NCBI GenBank assembly: GCA_964426185.1
Contig: CAYRPF010000089.1
Location: forward strand, 1 to 10,932
DNA from: an uncultured archaeon
Lineage (GTDB): Archaea > Asgardarchaeota > Lokiarchaeia > Sigyniarchaeales > Promethearchaeaceae
Length of the DNA stretch: 10,932 nucleotides
Direction: 5' to 3'
Shown here: in pieces, positions 6,140 through 10,932 of the stretch
Layout: every line of letters starts with the position of its first letter
Position numbering within the stretch: position 1 is the first letter of the stretch
Translations under genes and position numbers: made by a program
The notes under the pieces: model-generated
Database searches by the model: none
The model's input: only the letters and a program-made list of their open reading frames with translations
Told to the model about the DNA's origin: nothing

Positions 6140-7990
6140 ATGTGCGGAATTTTTGGACTGATCTCATCAGAGGAGGATCTCCCCATTGCAAAAATGATAC
6201 GGGAAGGTCTTGAACGTTTGGAATATCGTGGGTATGATAGTGCCGGAATTGCTTTAGTTAATCATGGTACGATAGAAGTACGCAAAAAAGCGGGTCGAAT
6301 TGCGGATATAAATGCAGAGGGATGGCTGGATTCAACTCCAGGAACGTTTGGAGTCGGGCATACACGCTGGGCAACTCATGGGCCTCCCGTTTACAATAAC
6401 GCACATCCCCATGTTGATTGTTCTGGAAAAATTGCTTTGGTTCACAACGGAATCATTGAAAATTATCAAGATTTAAGAAAAGAATTGAAATTACGGGGGC
6501 ATATTTTTCAATCTGATACTGATACGGAAGTTTTTCCCCATTTAATTGAAGAATTTCTTCAGAAAGGATTTGATTTAAAAGATTCGGTAATGGAGGCTGT
6601 AAAGCGATGCCGTGGGGCATTTGGAATTGTAGTTATTCATGCAGATACTCCAGATTATATGGTTGTGGCAAGAAAAGAATCTCCTTTGGTTATCGGGATC
6701 CTCCCTGGTAAAACTACTTTTTGTGCATCAGATATTCCTGCTTTCTTACCCTTAACGCGTAAAGCCATCGTTTTGGATGATAATGAATTAGCTGTCTTGT
6801 ATCCAGGAGAAGTCGAGATTTATCGTATCGATACGGGCGAGAAAAAAGAGCTTAACCATTTCGAAGTAAAATACACCATTGATGCAGCTCAAAAAGTATT
6901 AGATGGAAAACCATACAAATGGTTCATGCACAAAGAGTTGCATGAAGTTCCGCGTAAAATTCGGGATCAAATGGGTATGACTCAAGAACGCCTGGATAAT
7001 TTTGCTCAAGCAATTTTAGATGCAGACCATGTTTACATTACTGCTGCGGGAACGGCGTATTATGCTGCCTTAGCCGGAAAGTTTCAAATAACTCGATTTG
7101 GTGGACCGTATATTCAGTCAATTCTATGTTCAGAGTTTATTGATGCTGTTCCTGAAATGAAACCTAATTCTTTAGTAATTGCAATTTCGCAATCGGGAGA
7201 GACGGCTGATACAATTGAAGCAGTCAGATATGCACGGGAAAAGTTTGGTGCTAAAATTTGTTCTGTGGTAAATGTGATTGGTTCTTCATTAACTCGTTAT
7301 TCCAATGAAGTTATTATTACCACTGCAGGTCCTGAAATTGCTGTAGCATCACAAAAAGCATATTGCACGCAAATTACTGCACTCAGTTTAGTAGCTTTAA
7401 GAATTGCCGAATTACGAAAGAATTATTCTCCCGAAGAATTGACGCGCTACCGAAATGCTTTACTTCACACTGCGGATGTAATAGACAAGCTAATTATCGA
7501 AGAAGGGAAAATCCGAGAAATAGGCGAAAAATTGAAAGATGCAGATAATATTTATTTTCTGGCTCGTGGTTTGGGCCAAGCGGCCTCATTAGAAGGTGCT
7601 TTGAAGTTAAAAGAAATTGCCTACATTCATACTGAAGCTTATGCGGCTGGAGAATCAAAACACGGTCCCATTGCACTAATTGAAGAGGGATTTCCAGTTA
7701 TATTTGTTGCAATTCCAGATCAAACCTATGATAGACTTATTGGAAACATCATGGAAATGAAAAGTAGGGGTGGTTTAATCATTTCTATAGTAGCAGATTT
7801 TGATATTAAAGTTACAGAAATTTCTGATTATACCATTCGGATTCCAATTGAAAATACACCAGAATCAATAATAATGAGCATAGTTCCGTTTGCTTTTGCG
7901 CTTCAAACAATGGCATATTTTATTGCGGATTCCAAAGGTCTCGATCCAGATAAACCCCGCAATTTAGCAAAGAGCGTTACTGTTAAATAA
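6140..7990 (+). CDS. glmS: Glutamine--fructose-6-phosphate aminotransferase (isomerizing)
   Basis: MCGIFG (Cys1 nucleophile), LEYRGYDSAG, GHTRWATHG, HNGIIEN, SQSGETADT, ALKLKE, KHGP and PRNLAKSVTV; 616 aa. Confidence 0.98.
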   Translation: MCGIFGLISSEEDLPIAKMIREGLERLEYRGYDSAGIALVNHGTIEVRKKAGRIADINAEGWLDSTPGTFGVGHTRWATHGPPVYNNAHPHVDCSGKIALVHNGIIENYQDLRKELKLRGHIFQSDTDTEVFPHLIEEFLQKGFDLKDSVMEAVKRCRGAFGIVVIHADTPDYMVVARKESPLVIGILPGKTTFCASDIPAFLPLTRKAIVLDDNELAVLYPGEVEIYRIDTGEKKELNHFEVKYTIDAAQKVLDGKPYKWFMHKELHEVPRKIRDQMGMTQERLDNFAQAILDADHVYITAAGTAYYAALAGKFQITRFGGPYIQSILCSEFIDAVPEMKPNSLVIAISQSGETADTIEAVRYAREKFGAKICSVVNVIGSSLTRYSNEVIITTAGPEIAVASQKAYCTQITALSLVALRIAELRKNYSPEELTRYRNALLHTADVIDKLIIEEGKIREIGEKLKDADNIYFLARGLGQAASLEGALKLKEIAYIHTEAYAAGESKHGPIALIEEGFPVIFVAIPDQTYDRLIGNIMEMKSRGGLIISIVADFDIKVTEISDYTIRIPIENTPESIIMSIVPFAFALQTMAYFIADSKGLDPDKPRNLAKSVTVK

Positions 7991-8017
7991 GCTGTAAAAA
8001 GTGTTACTGTTAAATAA
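7967..8017 (+). repeat. Direct repeat of the glmS 3' end (27-bp period)
   Basis: GCAAAGAGCGTTACTGTTAAATAA (7967-7990) vs GTAAAAAGTGTTACTGTTAAATAA (7994-8017): 21/24 identical, last 15 bp exact. Confidence 0.9.
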
Positions 8018-8051
8018 TAAATTTTTTCTATTTCCTCACTTTATCTCGCTT

Positions 8052-10868
8052 ATGCAACCCGTTTATGACCCTCAGAACATTGAACTTAAGTGGCAGAAGA
8101 AATGGGAAGAATCGAAAAAATTTGAAGTAGAAAAAGATCCGAATAAACCAAAATTTTACTGTTTGGAGATGTATCCCTATCCGAGTGGTAAACTTCACAT
8201 GGGGCATCTCCGAAATTATACCATCGGGGATACATTTGCTCGCTATAAGCGAATGAATGGTTATAATGTATTGTATCCAATGGGATACGATTCTTTTGGA
8301 CTCCCTGCTGAAATTGCCGCGATTAAGAAAGGAACGCATCCTGAGATAACAACTAGAGCAAATATTGCCAGTATTAAGGCCGATCAAAAAAGAATTGGCT
8401 TCAGCTATGATTGGCGCCGGGAAGTATCATCCATTGAAGAATCTTACTATAAATGGAATCAATGGATGTTTCTTAAAATGTACAAGAAAGGACTGGCCTA
8501 TCGAAAGGAATCATTAGTAAATTGGTGTCCCAGTTGTAAATCTGTTCTTGCAAATGAACAAGTGATTAATGGAAAATGCTGGCGTTGTAATTCAATTGTA
8601 GAGCCTAAATTTCTTGCCCAATGGTTCTTCAAAATTCGAAAATATGCAGATGAATTATTGTCAGGATTAGATAATTTGAATTGGCCCGAAAAAGTAAAAA
8701 TAATGCAGCGAAATTGGATTGGTCGCAGTGAAGGAACCATCGCAGATTTCAAAGTAGAAGGAACTGATCAAACTTTAAGCATTTTTACCACTCGTGTAGA
8801 TACAATTTTCGGAGTTACTTTCATGACCATGGCGGCTGAACATCCATGGTGCCGTGAATGGGTAAAAGGGACTGAATATGAGCAAGATTACCACGAATTT
8901 TACAAAGAAGTTATGAAACAAGATCGTTATGAAAGAATGTCGGAAGAATCCGAAAAGAAAGGAATTTTCTTAGGAAAATATGCTATTAATCCTTTAAACG
9001 GTGACAGAATTCCTATATATGCGGGTAATTTTGTGATTTATGAATATGGTGCAGGTGCAGTTATGGCTGTCCCCGCCCATGATCAACGAGATTTTGAATT
9101 TGCCAAGAAATACAACATTCCTATTAAAGTGGTTATTCAACCTTTTGATGGTTATCAGTTAGTTGGCGAAAAAATGGCTCGGGCTTTTGTAGAAGATGGA
9201 ATTTTATTCAACTCTGGAGAATTTACTGGCATGGAAAATCGAGCTGCTATTCAAGCAATTTCTAAGAAGTTACAAGAAATAAAGAAAGGTGGACCAACAG
9301 TCAATTATAAAATTCGTGATTGGTTGATTTCAAGACAACGTTATTGGGGGACTCCGATTCCAATTATTTACTGTGAAAAATGCGGAACAGTCCCTGTTCC
9401 TTATGAAGATCTACCCGTTACATTACCTAAAGATGCTGTGTTTGGAAAATCAGGAAATCCCTTAGAACATAGCCCAACCTTTATGAACGTTTCTTGTCCT
9501 AAATGTGGTGACCCTGCTCGTCGTGAAACTGATACTATGGATACTTTTGTGGACTCTTCATGGTACTTTTTCCGATATACCAGTCCATTTGCGGAAGACT
9601 TGCCTTATCATAAAGAAGATGTGGAATACTGGGCTCCAGTCGATCAATATATAGGTGGAATCGAACATGCAATTCTACATCTTTTATATGCGCGATTTTT
9701 CACAAAAGTTAGCCGTGATTTAGGATTGCATTCAATTGATGAACCATTTAAGGCATTATTGACGCAAGGAATGATCAATAAAGCACATCCTTATTGTGAA
9801 CAATGTGATAAATTCCTTCCCGCTTTGTATGACAAAGATGGCAAATGGGAAGGTGACTATAATCCAGAAACTAAAACTTGTAATACATGCGGTCAGCCAT
9901 ATATACTAAAATCGGCTAAAATGTCAAAAAGTTTGGGAAATACGGTCTCTCCAGATGGAATTATTAAGGAATTTGGTGCAGATACTGCCCGATTTTTCAT
10001 CATGCACGGTGCAAATCCCGAAAAAGAGTTAGAATGGTCCGATTCGGGAGTTAGTGCTGATCACAAAATTCTTCTGCGCATTTGGTCTACATTAACTCAG
10101 AAAATTGAAAAGTTTCGTACAAAAAATGATGTATATGATGAATTCATTCGTTTCCGCCTTCATCGAATGATAAAAAATGTTACTGAAAATTACGAGCAGA
10201 TGTACATTCGAGATGCGCTTACTGAAATCATCCGTTTTACTGAGATTCTAAGAGATTATAAATCTAACATACCTCTCAAGTCTCTCTTTCAACAAGCAAA
10301 AGAAATAATCATTTTATTGTTGGCTCCAGTAGTACCTCATTTCTCCGAAGAATTATGGAATCTAGAAGGTCATAATGAGATGATTGCCATCGCAGAATGG
10401 CCTAAATATGATAAAAGTTTAATTTCTCCCGAAATAGAACTTCATTGGCTTTTTTATGATAACCTTATTGAGGATATTAGAAATATTAAAAAGATCATAA
10501 AAAAGCCGGCTACGAAAGTGACTATTATTGTAGCTGCTCAATGGAAAAATGATTTTGTTAAAACTATGATTGGTCAAGTTTTAGAAGGTCTAAATTTTGG
10601 AGAATTAATGAAAAAGGCAATGTCGAACCAAGATTGGAAACCACATGGTAAGTTGATTAAAGGAATTTTACAGAAGGTGTCAAAAAATCCTGGAAAATAT
10701 ACAGTACCTTTTAGCACTCAGTCTGAAGAATTGAAATTCCTGCAAGATAATATCAGTCTGTTGGAACGTGAAGTAGGACTAAAGGTGACAATTGAGGCAG
10801 AAGAAGAATCTATTGAGAAAAAGAAATCTCAAGGATTACCAGGTCATCCTGCGATTATTTTAGAATAA
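8052..10868 (+). CDS. leuS: Leucine--tRNA ligase, bacterial-type core with archaeal-type C-terminal domain
   Basis: [93 protein letters not shown] and KMSKS. Start reassigned from GTG 8001 to ATG 8052 ([18 protein letters not shown]), which fits the usual N-terminus. Confidence 0.97.
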   Translation: MQPVYDPQNIELKWQKKWEESKKFEVEKDPNKPKFYCLEMYPYPSGKLHMGHLRNYTIGDTFARYKRMNGYNVLYPMGYDSFGLPAEIAAIKKGTHPEITTRANIASIKADQKRIGFSYDWRREVSSIEESYYKWNQWMFLKMYKKGLAYRKESLVNWCPSCKSVLANEQVINGKCWRCNSIVEPKFLAQWFFKIRKYADELLSGLDNLNWPEKVKIMQRNWIGRSEGTIADFKVEGTDQTLSIFTTRVDTIFGVTFMTMAAEHPWCREWVKGTEYEQDYHEFYKEVMKQDRYERMSEESEKKGIFLGKYAINPLNGDRIPIYAGNFVIYEYGAGAVMAVPAHDQRDFEFAKKYNIPIKVVIQPFDGYQLVGEKMARAFVEDGILFNSGEFTGMENRAAIQAISKKLQEIKKGGPTVNYKIRDWLISRQRYWGTPIPIIYCEKCGTVPVPYEDLPVTLPKDAVFGKSGNPLEHSPTFMNVSCPKCGDPARRETDTMDTFVDSSWYFFRYTSPFAEDLPYHKEDVEYWAPVDQYIGGIEHAILHLLYARFFTKVSRDLGLHSIDEPFKALLTQGMINKAHPYCEQCDKFLPALYDKDGKWEGDYNPETKTCNTCGQPYILKSAKMSKSLGNTVSPDGIIKEFGADTARFFIMHGANPEKELEWSDSGVSADHKILLRIWSTLTQKIEKFRTKNDVYDEFIRFRLHRMIKNVTENYEQMYIRDALTEIIRFTEILRDYKSNIPLKSLFQQAKEIIILLLAPVVPHFSEELWNLEGHNEMIAIAEWPKYDKSLISPEIELHWLFYDNLIEDIRNIKKIIKKPATKVTIIVAAQWKNDFVKTMIGQVLEGLNFGELMKKAMSNQDWKPHGKLIKGILQKVSKNPGKYTVPFSTQSEELKFLQDNISLLEREVGLKVTIEAEEESIEKKKSQGLPGHPAIILE

Positions 10869-10900
10869 TGATATTATATTTTTATCCTTTTTTTCATTTT
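10869..10900 (+). terminator. Oligo-T tracts after leuS
   Basis: TATATTTTTATCCTTTTTTTTCATTTT follows the TAA-TGA double stop. Confidence 0.45.
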
Positions 10901-10932
10901 AGCATAACATCCCAACATCCCGCTTAAAACTT

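Noticed and set aside
8001-8051. N-terminal extension of LeuRS from GTG 8001
   Set aside because: This start lies inside the duplicated glmS end and reads through T-rich intergenic DNA. Homology begins at ATG 8052.
7990-8051. Resident Tn7 at attTn7
   Set aside because: No transposon ends or tns genes are present, and leuS follows within ~60 nt.
7363-8752. Short ORFs 7363-7548, 7494-7676, 8028-8387, 8086-8280 and 8498-8752
   Set aside because: Shadows of glmS and leuS.
10900-10932. AACATCCC tandem pair and a possible convergent gene end
   Set aside because: Too little sequence at the window edge to assign a frame or repeat array.

Overview
AT-rich archaeal housekeeping locus, most likely Asgard (Lokiarchaeia-like). 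This is inferred from BRE/TATA promoters, a tRNA without encoded CCA, a TtuA/Ncs6 thiolase, an archaeal-type LeuRS C-terminus and oligo-T gene ends. Gene order: 3' end of a membrane-anchored surface protein (+); an unannotated in-frame relic of a second Ig-like/TM-anchor C-terminus (+); ogt (-); bacterial-type valS (-); tRNA-Ala(CGC) (-); TtuA/Ncs6-family tRNA thiolase (-); zinc-ribbon RDD membrane protein (+); glmS (+); and a chimeric leuS with bacterial core and archaeal C-domain (+). The best novel candidate is the ~180-nt glmS leader. It has its own promoter and folds by eye into a ~155-nt G.U-rich rod-like hairpin that encloses a 29-codon uORF and ends just before the glmS SD. It lacks the bacterial glmS ribozyme core. 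Also notable is an in-frame duplication of the last glmS codons (KSVTVK*) with synonymous changes, resembling an integration scar.
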